A stretch of DNA of 64,000 bases from Scyliorhinus canicula (lineage: Eukaryota), in contig NC_052162.1 in assembly GCF_902713615.1 (NCBI RefSeq), positions 108,651,811-108,715,810 on the forward strand. The letters are read 5' to 3'. This document shows, one piece after another, positions 35,201-46,559 of this stretch. The notes under the pieces were generated by a model that worked only from the letters and a program-made list of their open reading frames with translations, was not told the origin of the DNA and searched no databases. The position numbers and the translations under genes were made by a program. Each line of letters opens with the position of its first letter. Position 1 is the first letter of the stretch.

Positions 35201-36419
35201 AACACAGTTTCCGGGGAGAGCAATGGACTTGGTGTTTAGGGAGTGGTGTTTGTAGCGGGGTCTGAAGACAATGGCTACAACATTCCCAATATTTTAAACA
35301 ACCTTATTTCCCTTCATCAGAATCGCATGTCAGGACAGTGACATGGAGGGGAACCTGGATATTAAAATCCCTACTTCCATCGCCTGATGCTTCCACCTCT
35401 CCCTCTACCACAGAGGTCAGAGTATTGTGTCGGCCCTGACCGGGTGATAGTTTTCCTTCCCTGAAAGAAACATAGAAACAAGGATCAGGAATAGGCCATT
35501 TAGCCCTTCGAGCCTGCTTTATCATTCATTATGATCATGGCTGGCCCACTATCTCAACACCATACTCCCGGCCTCCCCATACCCTTGATGCCTTTAGAGT
35601 CTAGAAATCCATCTATTTCCTCCTTAAATATATTCAGTGACTTGACCTCCACAGTCTTCTGTGGCAGAGAATTCCACAGGTTAACGACCCTCTGACTGAA
35701 GAAATTTCTCCGCATCTCAGTCCTAAATGGTCAACCCCATATCCTGATCCTTTGTTCTTGACCTCCAGCCAGAGGAAACAACATGTCTTCATCCGGTTTG
35801 TCCAGTCCTGTCAGAATTTTATATGTTTCAATTAGATCCCCTCACATTTTTAAAAATTCCTGTGAATACAGGACCAATCAACCCAATCTCCCCTCAGATG
35901 ACAATCCTGCCATACCAGGAATCAGTCTGGTGAACCTCCCTTGCATTCCAACGATGGAATATATCCTCCTTTCTTAGGTAAGGAGCCAAAAATTGCAGAC
36001 AGTACTCCAGGTATGGTCTCACCAAGGCCCTGTATAGCTGGAGTAAGACATCTTGCTCCTGTATTTAAATTCTTTTTCAACAAAGCCAACATATCATTTG
36101 TCTTCCTAACTATTTGCTGTACTTGCTTGCTTGCTTTAAGTGACTGGTATACTGGGGCATCTAAGTCCCTTGGTACATCAACATTTCCCAATCTATCACC
36201 ATTTGGAGAATACTCTGCTATTCTGTTTCTCCATCCGGAGTGGATAACTTCATATTTATCCACATTATACTGCATCTGCTGTGTATTTGCCCACTCACTC
36301 ACCCTGTCTAAATTGCCTTGAAGCTTTTTCAAATCCTCTTTGCTACTCACATTTTCACCACGTTTCATGTCATCTTCAAACTTGGAAATATTACTTTCAG
36401 CTCCCTCATCCAAACTATT

Positions 36420-37004
36420 TTTTTTGCCTATAAATTTAAAGTACCCAATTCTTTTTCCCCCCAATTGAAGGGCAATTTAGTATGGCCAGTTTACCTACCC
36501 TGCACGTCTTTTAGGTTGTGGGGGTGAGACCCATGCAAACACTGGGAGAATGAGCAAACTCCAATGGACAGTGACCCAGAGCCAGGATCGAACCCGGGTC
36601 CTCAGCAGTGTGAGGCAGCAGTGCTAATCACTGCAACAGCATGGTAACCTAGTGGTTAGCACAATTGCTTCACAGCTCCAGGGTACCAGGTTCGATTCCA
36701 GGCTTGGGTCACTGTCTGTGCGGAGTCTGCCCGTTCTCCCCGTGTGTGCGTGGGTTTCCTCCGGGTGCTCCGGTTTCCTCCCACAGTCCAAATATGTGCA
36801 GGTTAGGTGGATTGGCCATTCTAAATTGCCCTTAGTGTTCAAAATTGCCCTTAGTGTTGGGTGGGGTTACTGGGTTATGGCGATAGGGTGGAAGTGTGGG
36901 CTTGGGTAGGGTGCTCTTTCAAAGAGCTGGTGCAGACTTGATGGGCTGAATGGCCTCCTTCTGCACTGTAAATTCTATGAAATCTATGAAACACCATGCC
37001 GCCC
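36420..37004 (-). mobile_element. Short-form SINE containing a long-form SINE (36636-36990, +)
   Basis: Outer TSD TCATCYAAACTATT at 36406-36419 and 37008-37021; the inner copy has a HER1-type tail. Confidence 0.85.
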
Positions 37005-38312
37005 ACGTCATCTAAACTATTGATGCATATTGTGACGAGCTGGGGCCCAAGAATCCAAGTGGGGTTCCTGCAGGACCCCACTAGTCTCAGTCTGCCATGT
37101 CAAAAAAAGACCCGACACTCTGTTTCCTTGCAAATTCTCAATCCATTCCAATAGAAACACTGAAATATAGAAAATAGGAGGAGTAGGCCATCAGCCCTTC
37201 GAGCCTACTTTGCATTCAGTATGTCCATGGCTAATTCTCTATCTCAACACCATACTCCTGTGCTCTCTCCCCATGTCAGGAATCAGTCTGGTGAACCATC
37301 GCTGCATCCCCTCTTTGGCAAGTATACCCCTTCCTAGATAAGCATTCCAAAAGTGCACACGGTACTCCAGATATTTTATCCCCAATCCCATGAGCTTTAA
37401 TTTTGCACACAAAGCTGTTTTGTGGGATTTTACCAAAATCCTTTCCCTAAAAGTGCAGTGCTAGTCCGAGGCACCAGAGGATGTCCTCCGTGACTGCTTA
37501 GAGTCTATGGACTGGTCCATATTCAAGGCAGCGGAAGCTAACCTGGACGAGAACTCAACCACCATCACAGACTTCTTCAGTAAGTGTGTCAAGGACTGTG
37601 TACCAAAGAAGACAATACGGGTCTTCCCTAATCGGAAACCCTGGCTTAACCGACAGGTTCACTCCCTGATGAAGTCCCGGATGGAGGCGTTCAAGTCTGA
37701 CAACCCTGATCTATATAAGAAATCCAGATATGACGTATGTAAAGCAATCAGGAACGCCAAAGGCCATACCAGACCAAACTAGAGTCGCAGGCCAACGACA
37801 CAAACCCACAACATTTATGGCAGGGCTTACACAAGATAACAGGCTACAAAGCAAGGCCAGGCAGAATCACTGGTGCTGGAGCATCCCTCCCCGATGAACT
37901 GAACAAGTTCTATGCCCACTTGAAACAGTCAGCAAATACATCAATGCCACTTGGCCAACAGCCCTGGACCCTCATACCCACTATTACAGCCTCAGAGGTA
38001 AGAGCTGCCTTCAAATGGAGTCCCTGGGGCGAGTTCTCAGATCCTGCGCAGACCAGTTTGCGAGTGTATTCGCAGACATCTTCAACACCTCACTTCTCCA
38101 CTCCGAGGTTCCCACCTCCTTCAAGAAGACCACCATAATACCAGTACAAAAGAAGAACAAGGTAGCGTGCATCAACAATTACCGACCGATGGCCCTGACA
38201 TTTGTTATCGTGAAATGCTTCAAGCGGCTAGTCATCCGACAGAACTCCAGCCTCCCAGATGGTCTTAATCCATTGCAGTTCGCCTATCACCACAACTGGT
38301 CTACAGCAGATG

Positions 38313-38625
38313 TGGCATGGTAGGACAGTGAATAGCACTGTTGCTTCACAGTGCCAGGGCCCCAGGTTTGATTCCCTCTTGGGTCACTGACTGTGCGGAG
38401 TCTGCATGTTCACCCATGTCTGCGTGGATTTCCTCCGGCTGCTCCGGTTTCCCCATACAAATTCCGAAAGACGTGCTGTTTCGTGAATTGGACATTCTGA
38501 ATTCACCCTCCGTGTACCCGAACAGGTGCCGGAATGTGGAAACTAGGGGATTTTCACAGTGAATTCATTGCAGTATTAATGTAAGCCTACTTGTGACAAT
38601 AATAAAGATTATTATTATGATTATT
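38313..38625 (+). mobile_element. V-SINE with a third tail type, ending (ATT)n
   Basis: Same head type; tail GGGGATTTTCACAG...GTAAGCCTACTTGTGACAATAATAAAGATTATT; AGATG at 38308-38312 and 38626-38630. Confidence 0.8.
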
Positions 38626-38914
38626 AGATGCTATCTCTCTGGCCCTACAATCAACACTCGAACACCTTGACAACAAGGACACTTACATCAGACTGCTGTT
38701 CAGAGACTACAGCTCCACCTTCAACACCATTATCCCGACAAGACGAATAACCAAACTCTTAAATCTTAGACTTGACCCCTCTCTGTGCAGCTGGATCCTT
38801 GACTTCCTCACCAACAGGTGGCAATCTGTCAGGATAGGTAAAAGTACCTCCTCCACAGTAGTCCTCAACACCGGGGCCCGGCAAGGAGGTGTGCTCAGTC
38901 CTCTACTGCACTCC

Positions 38915-39004
38915 TTACAGTAAGACGTCTTACAACACCAGGTTAAAGTCCAACAGGTTAATTTGGAATCCCTAGCTTTCGGAACGTAACTCCTTCATCA
39001 GGTG
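38915..39004 (-). ncRNA. Penelope-type terminal fragment with a canonical minimal hammerhead core
   Basis: Minus strand CAC-CTGATGA-A-GGAGT-TAC-GTTCC-GAAA-GC-TA-GGG; TGYACTCC at 38907-38914 and 39003-39010. Confidence 0.75.
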
Positions 39005-41214
39005 TACTCCCTATACATATACAACTGAGTGGTAAGATTTTACTCCCAATTCAATCTATAAGTTTACAGGATGATACGACTGTGGTGCGTGATATCTCAA
39101 ACAAAGACGAGTCAGACTACAGAAGAGATAGATCACTTGGTTACATGGTGTACCGGAAACAATTTCTCTCTAAATGTCAGCAAAACCAAGGATCTGATCA
39201 TCGATATCAGGAAGGGTAGTACGATACATGCCCCCGTCTACATCAATGGCCCAGAAATGGAGATGGTAGATAGCTTTGGGGTCACCATCACCAACAGTCC
39301 ATCCTGCTCCACTCACATTGATGCAACAGTCAAGAAAGTCTCTACTTCCTACGGAAGCTAAATAAATTCAGCATGTCTGCATTGACTCCCACAAACGTCT
39401 ACAGATGTGCCACAGAGATATCCTATTCGGCTGCATCACATCTTGGTATGGCAACTGCTCGGCCCAAGATCGCAAGAAACTGCAGAGTGTGGTGAACTCA
39501 GCCCACCGCATTACACAGGCTTGCCACTCTTCCATTGATTCTGTCTACACCTCCCACTGCCTCAGGAAGGCAGACAGCATTGTCAGAGACCCCTCGCACC
39601 TAGGCTTTGCCCTCTTCCATTCCTTCCATCAGACAGAAAATACAGCAGCCAGAAGACCCACATGTCCAGACATAGAAACAGCTTCTTCCCCACATCTACT
39701 AGACTCCTCAACGACTCTCCCTCAGACTGATCTGTTCCCAGTAAGACACTATCCACGATGTGCTATGCCGCTCTTGTTCATGTCATATTTGCTTTGTTTG
39801 GCCCTTGTTCTACACTATGACCAATTACTTATTTGTCTATTTTCACATCCTATATGCTCTAGCATTTTCCCTACTACCAGTCAGGCTCACTGGTCTGCAA
39901 TTCCTTGTTTTCTCCCTCCCTCCTTTTTGTAAAGAGCAGGGTTACACTTGCCACCCTCCAATCTGCTGGGACTTTCCAGAATCTACAGAATTTTGGAAGC
40001 TGACAAGCAATGTATCCAATATTTCTGCAGCTGCCTCCTTTGGTACCCTGGGATGTAGATTATCAGTCCCTGGTTGTATATCAGCTTTCAGTCCACTATT
40101 ACTATTTCTAGTAATATTAACTTCCTTCAATTCCTCCCACAAGGCCTTAGATTTCTTAGCATTTTTGGTAAGTTTCTTGTGTCATCCTCCATGAAGACAG
40201 AACTAAAGTGGTTGTTTAGTTGCTCTGCCATTTCCTTAATCTCTATTATAAATTCTGTTTTGGACTGTAAGGGACCTACATTTGTCTTCACTAATCTTTT
40301 ACTTTTTTATATACTTCTCTAAGCTACTACAGTCCACTTTTATGTTATTTTCAAGACTGCTCTCATAACCTATTTTTCCTCTCTCAATCAATCACTTTGC
40401 TCTTCTATTTTGAATCCTGAACTGCTCCCAATCCTCAGGCTTGCTGCTTTTTCTAGCAACTTTATATGATTCATTCATGGATTCAATACTGTTGTTAATT
40501 TATTTGTGAGCCATGTTGGGCCACATTTCATGTTGTGTTTTTGTGCAAGAAAGGAATGTATAACTGGTGCAAAATATACATTTGTTCCTTAAATATTATC
40601 CATTGCCTAGCCACCGTCATGTCTTTTAATGAAATTTTCCAGTTTATCTTGCCTATTCACACCTCATATCTTTGTAATTTCCTTTATTAAGATTGAAGAC
40701 CCTGATTTCAGATCAGACATCTTCACTTGCTATCCTGATGAAGAATTCAATCATGTTATGGTCACTGTTCCCTAAAGGATGCCTCACAATAAGATTATAA
40801 ATTAACCCCTTTTGTTACATGCATCTCTAATTCCCTGTTTATTCCCATTTCCTAATGTACCAGTAGCGTTTGGAGGTCTGGAGACAACTCCCAGGAATGT
40901 TTTTCTCACTTTGTTATTTTCTGGCTCCACCCAGACTTATTCTACATCAAGATTTTCTGAGGCAATATCCTCTCTCATGTTGCACTAATTTTATTTATCA
41001 TTAATTAATAATGCAGCCCCACCTCCTTTTCATTTTTCCCATCCTTACTAAATATTGGGTACGTTTGGAAATTCAGTTCCCAGCCTTGGTCAGCCTGCAG
41101 CCATGTCTACCGTATCAATGTATAACAATTTGCGCTGTTAATTTGTCTACAGCAAATATTAGTGAACCAGTTGAGTTTTTATAAAACTCCAGCTTTCATG
41201 GTCATTTTATCCTA

Positions 41215-42640
41215 CTGGAGGCCCAACCATGCTGCCCGTCTAACCTGATACCTTTTGCACTTGTGTAAAAAAGCTTCCCTCACACACCTCCTCTAAACTT
41301 TGCCCCTCAGACCTTCCACCCTGGGAAAAAAGTTTCTGACTATCCACTCTGTCCATGCCCCTAATCATTTTGTAGACCTCTATCAGGTTGTTCCTCAACC
41401 TTCATCGTTCCAGTGAAAACAAACCGAGTTTGTTCAACCGCTCCTCATAGCTAATTCTCTTTATAACAGCCAACATCTGTATCCTCTCCAAAGCCTCCAC
41501 ATCCTTCTTGTAATGTGGTGACAAGAATTGAACACTATATTCCAAGTGTGGCCAAACTAAGGTTCTATACAGCTGCAGCATGACTTGCCAATTTTTATGC
41601 TCAATGCCCTGTCCAATGAAGGCAAGAATGCCGAATCCCTTCTTGACTACCTTCTCCAGCTGCTTTCCACTTTCAGTGACCTGTGGACCTGTACACCCAG
41701 ATCCCTCTGCCTGGAATCCTTAAGGATTCTGAAATTTACTGTATATTTCCCACTTGTATTGGCCCTTCGAAAATGCATTACCTCACATTTGTCCAGATTA
41801 AACTCCATTTGACATCTCTCCACCCAATTCTCTAACCAATCTATATCCTGCTGTATCCTCTCACAGTCCTCATGGCTATCTGCTATTCCACCAACCTTTG
41901 TGTCATCCGCAAACTGACTAATCAGACCAGTTACATTTTCTTCCAAATAATTTGTATATACTACAAACAGCAAAGGTCCCAGCACTGATCCCATTGGAAC
42001 ACCACGAGTCACAGCCCTCCATTCGGAAAAGCACCCCTCCACTGCTACCTTATGACTTCTATGACTGAGCAAGTCTGTATCCATCTTGCCAGCTCACTTC
42101 TGATCCTATGTGACTTTACCTTCTGTACCAGTCTGCCATGAGAGTCCTTGTCAAAGGCCTTACTGAAGTCCATGTAGACAACATCCATAGCCCTACCTTC
42201 ATTAATCATCTTCATCACTTCCTCATATAACTCGATAAAGTTAGCGAGACACGGCCTCCCCTTCACAAAACCTTGCTGCCTCTCGTTAATACTTCCACTT
42301 GCTTCCAAATGGGAGTAAATCCTGTTTTAAGGAATCCTTTCCAATAATTTCCCTACCTCTGATGTAATGCTCACCAGCCTTTAATTTCCTGGATTATCCT
42401 TGCTACCCTTCTTAAACAAAGGAACAACACCAGCTATTCTTCAGTCATCTGGGACCTCGCGTGTAGCTTGTAAGGGTACAGAGATTCCTGTACCCTCCCT
42501 TGCCTCCCTCAGTATTCTGGGGTAGATCCCATCAGGCTTTGGGATGTTTTTCCTTAATGTTTTTCAAGACACCCACCACCTCCTCCTCTTTGACCTCAAT
42601 GAGATCCAGACTATCTACACATCTTTCCCCAGACTCATCA
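41215..42640 (-). mobile_element. CR1 LINE RT fragment
   Basis: VYMDFSKAFDK, GSVLGPLLF and QFADD on the minus strand. Confidence 0.88.
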
Positions 42641-42869
42641 TTTTTTTAAATATAAATTTATGGTACCAATTATTTTTTTTTCAATTAAGGGGCAATTTAG
42701 CATGGCCAATCCACCTAACCTGCACATTCTTGGGTTGTGGGGGTGAAACCCACGCTGACACGGGTAGAATGTGCAAACTCCACACAAACAGTGACCCGGG
42801 GTCGGGATCGAACTTGGATCCTCAGCGCGTGAGGCAGCAGTACTAACCACTGCTCCACCATGCTGCCCT
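42641..42869 (-). mobile_element. HE1-like SINE, short form
   Basis: Complete head and A-rich tail; no TSD; lies between two oppositely oriented CR1s. Confidence 0.88.
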
Positions 42870-43415
42870 TTGTATTGGTCCCCTTATCTAAGGAAAGACA
42901 TATTGGCATTGAAGGCAATCCATAAAAAGTTCACTAGGTTTATCAGACACAGATGGATTTTCTTATGAGGAGAGGTTGAGTAGTTGGGCATTTACTCATT
43001 GGAATTTAGAAGAATGAGAAGCAATCTTATAGAGACATATAGGGTTCTCAAGGGACTTGACAGGGTAGATGCGGAGAGGTTGTTCCCCCTTCTGGGAGAG
43101 CCTAGTACTAGACGGCATGTTCTCAGAATAAGGGTGCCACCCAGTTAAGACAGAAATGAGGAGAAATTAATTTTCTCAGAGGGTAGTGAATCTGTGGAAT
43201 TCTTTACCACAGAGGGCTGCAGAGACTAGGTCGTTAGGTATGTTCAAAGCTCAGAAAAACAATTTTTTCATTAGTAAGTAAATAAAGGTTTATGGGGATA
43301 AGGCGGAAAAGTGACATTGAGGATTATCACATAAGATCAGTCATGATCGCATTGAATAGCACAGTAGACTCTATGGGCTGAATGGCATACTTCTGCTCCT
43401 ATGTATTCTGGTATT
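42870..43415 (+). mobile_element. CR1 3' end
   Basis: GTGAATCTGTGGAATTCTTTACC and GGGCTGAATGGCATACTTCTGCTCCTATG tail. Confidence 0.8.
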
Positions 43416-43629
43416 ATAAATGTGAAGTTAACAGTGAAGGGAAATAGTGCCACAAGCTGGGGATGTACATTTTTCAATTTCCAAAACCCACCAACCTCAA
43501 CAATACAGCTCATCTGCAGCTTTAATGTAAGAGAAGAAACTAAAGACAGGTCTGGAGAAGGTAACAGCAGAAATGTTACCAGCATCAACTTTGGGGAAAA
43601 AAAGTGGTGGTGAGGGGGGTGGGGGGTTA

Positions 43630-43960
43630 TCATCTGAAATAATTGAAATGGATGCTGAGGTTAAAAAATGTCTAATGGACAGATGAGGAGCTGTTCCCTG
43701 AACTTCCAATGAGCTTCATTGGATCAAAGCAGCAGATCAAAGACAAGGGGATCAGGTCAGGAATAAGGCATATAATTATAAAGACAACTGACTGAAAACT
43801 GAGGATCACACTTGCAGACTGAATGATGATATTCCACAAGGCAGCTACAGAATCTGGATTTATTCTCCTTGATGTAGTGGTGACATTGCAAGGTTCAAGT
43901 TAGCAATATTAAATTGCAGGAAGTATACATACATCCTGTGACATCTGGAAAATGTGTTTA
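43630..43960 (-). mobile_element. Penelope GIY-YIG endonuclease relic
   Basis: Minus strand YIKENKSRF...EY and NEAHWKFREQLLI resemble the Penelope motifs YIGETKR..R..EH and EA.RKLEEQHLI. Confidence 0.55.
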
Positions 43961-43987
43961 GCACTCTGAAATGTGGGAAAGGAGGTT

Positions 43988-44246
43988 AAACAGCTTCTTC
44001 CCTGCTATTACCAGAATGCTAAATGATCCTTTTATGGACTGATCTGATCTCTTCACACATCTTCTCTACTGAGTAGTACGACACTCGTGTATGCTTCACC
44101 TGATGCCTGTGTCTATGTATTTACATTGTGTATTTATGTTTGCCCTATGTTTTTTTTCATGTATGGAATGATCTGTCTGGACTGTACACAGAACACTACT
44201 TTTCACTGTACCATGTTACACATGACAATAAACAAATCCAGTCCAA
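43988..44246 (+). mobile_element. Rex1/Babar 3' end
   Basis: AACAGCTTCTTCCCTGC...ATGACAATAAACAAATCCAGTCCAA; matches the reverse of 52640-52890. Confidence 0.75.
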
Positions 44247-44288
44247 CTTGGAGTGTTTTGGGAATGTGGAACTCATTGTCAGAATGTT

Positions 44289-45270
44289 TGAGATTCCTGT
44301 CTGAGCTGGAAACTCATGTGTAAATCCCACCTGAAAATGCATTTCATCGGATGAAAGTACAAAGAAAGTCGCTCAGTTCTCCAATTTACTGACACAACAG
44401 GATCACACCACAAACAGACCATTTAGATATTCGACTTGCTTTGCGCATTTCAATCAGTTTTCCCACCTGTTAAAACTCGTTTTTGAATTTCAAACGACTT
44501 GATCCAGATCAGTTCAATCTTACTGGCAAGATATAGTTTCTATGTTCAGTTTATGGGGAAAAAAATAATCACTTGTTCACCCCACCTACTGAGAATTCAG
44601 TGGATTCATATCCAATTGCAGGAGTTACCTCTGCTGTTAATAATACCCGGGGCAGAAATATAATGGTAGGCCCCGTGCACCTCAGCTGCTGCATGAATTT
44701 ATTTACTAATTTGACATCTCGTCCCTTTATGTCTTATTATAATCGAAACATGCAACATTATTATATATTCAAAATATTTCCATTCAATGGCGGGCCTGTT
44801 ACCCAGCATTCAGAGCGCACTGGAATTTCCCCGATCCTCACTACAGCAGCCTCTTGCGCACGGGGATGTGGTTTGTGAAATTACGCATGTGCAGCGTGCA
44901 TGTTGCAGAGGCATGAAGGTGGAACCTCTCCACAACCGGAGAGGAACATAGTGGATTTTAGGAGGGTAATTGGGAATAGCGAAATGGACATGGACGCTTC
45001 ATAAACACCCAGTGGATACCAGAAAGCCGGTCCTGCGCTCGCATCAAACGGGGCCGCAATAGCAGTTGTCTACGTTGGAAGCCCCAAGTTAATGGCCGCC
45101 ATCTTTATTGGGGCAATGTGCAGCGGGGCGCATGCGCAATTAGCCTGTTCCATGCAGCAGGAGGACGCAATTTTGTGCGTTTCTGTACTGGACTGAACCT
45201 AATGGATTTTGGAAACTCATTTTACAAGGGATTAGAAAGGGAGGATTTACACACAGAAACTCAAAAAGGG
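44289..45270. promoter_or_regulatory. Orphan copy of the bidirectional ZNF promoter module
   Basis: Collinear with 56532-57520; YY1 GGCCGCCATCTT at 45094-45105, NRF1 GCGCATGCGC at 45128-45137. Confidence 0.7.
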
Positions 45271-45323
45271 AATGTTGGTCTCTTAATTTCCTCTCTGGAA
45301 TGATGCTATGAATGTTCTTCACA

Positions 45324-45565
45324 GGGGCGGTACGTGGCACAGTGGTTAGCACTCCTGCCTCCGGCGCTGAGGACCCGGGTTCGAATCCCGGCCCTGGTTC
45401 AATGTCCGTGTGGAGTTCCACATCTTTTTGGGTTGTGGGGGTTAGACCCACGCAGACACGGGAAAAATGTGCAAACTCCACACGGACTGTCACCAGGTGC
45501 CGGGATCGAACCCGAATCCTCAGTACTGTGAAGCAGCAGTGTTAACCACTGCACCACCATACCAT
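45324..45565. mobile_element. Two SINE 5' parts fused in inverted orientation
   Basis: A + head (45324-45417) joins directly to a - copy (45418-45565). Confidence 0.8.
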
Positions 45566-45649
45566 CACCCCCCCCCCCCCCTCCCCGTCCCTGATGCTGT
45601 GAAGCAGCAGTGGTGAAGCAACAGTGCTAACCTCTGTGCTACCATGCCT

Positions 45650-46360
45650 CCTTAATTATAATCAACAAAAACCAAAAGATTGATAAAAATCACAAGCCAA
45701 TATGAAAGTTAAATAAAAATACACAATTAACTTAAATACTAAAACTAACCTAAATCCCCTGACAACTGATTGTGACGAGGTCCTTTAAAAAGGAAATAAA
45801 TAGGGGCAGCACGGTGGCCTAGTGGTTAGCACAACCGCCTCACGGCGCTGAGGTCCCAGGTTCGATCCCGGCTCTGGGTCACTGTCCGTGTGGAGTTTGC
45901 ACATTCTCCCCGTGTCTGCGTGGGTTTCGCCCCCACAACCCAAAAATGTGCAGAGTAGGTGTATTGGCCACGCTAAATTGCCCCTTAATTGGAAAAAATA
46001 ATTGGGTAATCTAAATTTAAAAAAAAAGGAAATAATGGTTGCCATCTTCAGTGGAAGCTCTCCACTGACCCCCGATGGTGAGTTTGACTTTTTCACATGT
46101 AGGAATTACATTAAATCACCCAACCAAGCAAAGGCACTGTGCGAAGTGGGAGACTTCCAACCAAGCAATATTCACCTCAGGGCTATCAATGAGGCAAAGA
46201 GGTCAGCATCTGCCTCTACCCCACACTGAATCACCGGCGAGTCCGACATCCCAAACATGGGCACCAACGGACATGGATCTAAATCCAAATGGATGTCTCC
46301 AACATGGTTTGAAGAAGGAATCCCAGAAGGCAACAAGTTTGGGACAGGACCAGAACATGG
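45650..46360 (-). mobile_element. L1 3' end fragment, interrupted by a SINE
   Basis: Minus strand HVLVLSQT..FW, ADLFASLIA and W...M remnants of the L1 ORF2 C-terminus. Confidence 0.6.
45803..46022 (+). mobile_element. HE1-like SINE, short form
   Basis: TSD AAAAAGGAAATAA at 45787-45799 and 46023-46035, at a TT/AAAA site. Confidence 0.93.
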
Positions 46361-46559
46361 TCTATAACATGACAAGATTCTACATGCAAAGACCTGCTCA
46401 GCACATACTAAGAAATTCCTACTTGAAGTTTTCACTAAAAGGTTGTGGAAATGTGTTCAGAAGTGAAAATGATGCCTAGAATATCCTTTGCAGAATACTA
46501 TAGTTATTCAGAAATAAATGTTAAGGTGAGAGATGAAAGTCATGGGCAGAGAAAGGGGC

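Larger units (their letters stand above)
37455..39845 (+). mobile_element. Rex1/Babar LINE, degenerate
   Basis: RVFPNRKPW, CADQFASVFADIFN, FKKTTIIPV and SWYGNCSAQDRKKLQ. Confidence 0.88.
35466..41200 (-). mobile_element. Degenerate CR1 LINE(s) hosting nested SINEs and a Rex1
   Basis: Reverse tail at 35466, RT remnant ORF 35922-36464, further ORF2 remnants at 39845-41150. Confidence 0.75.
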
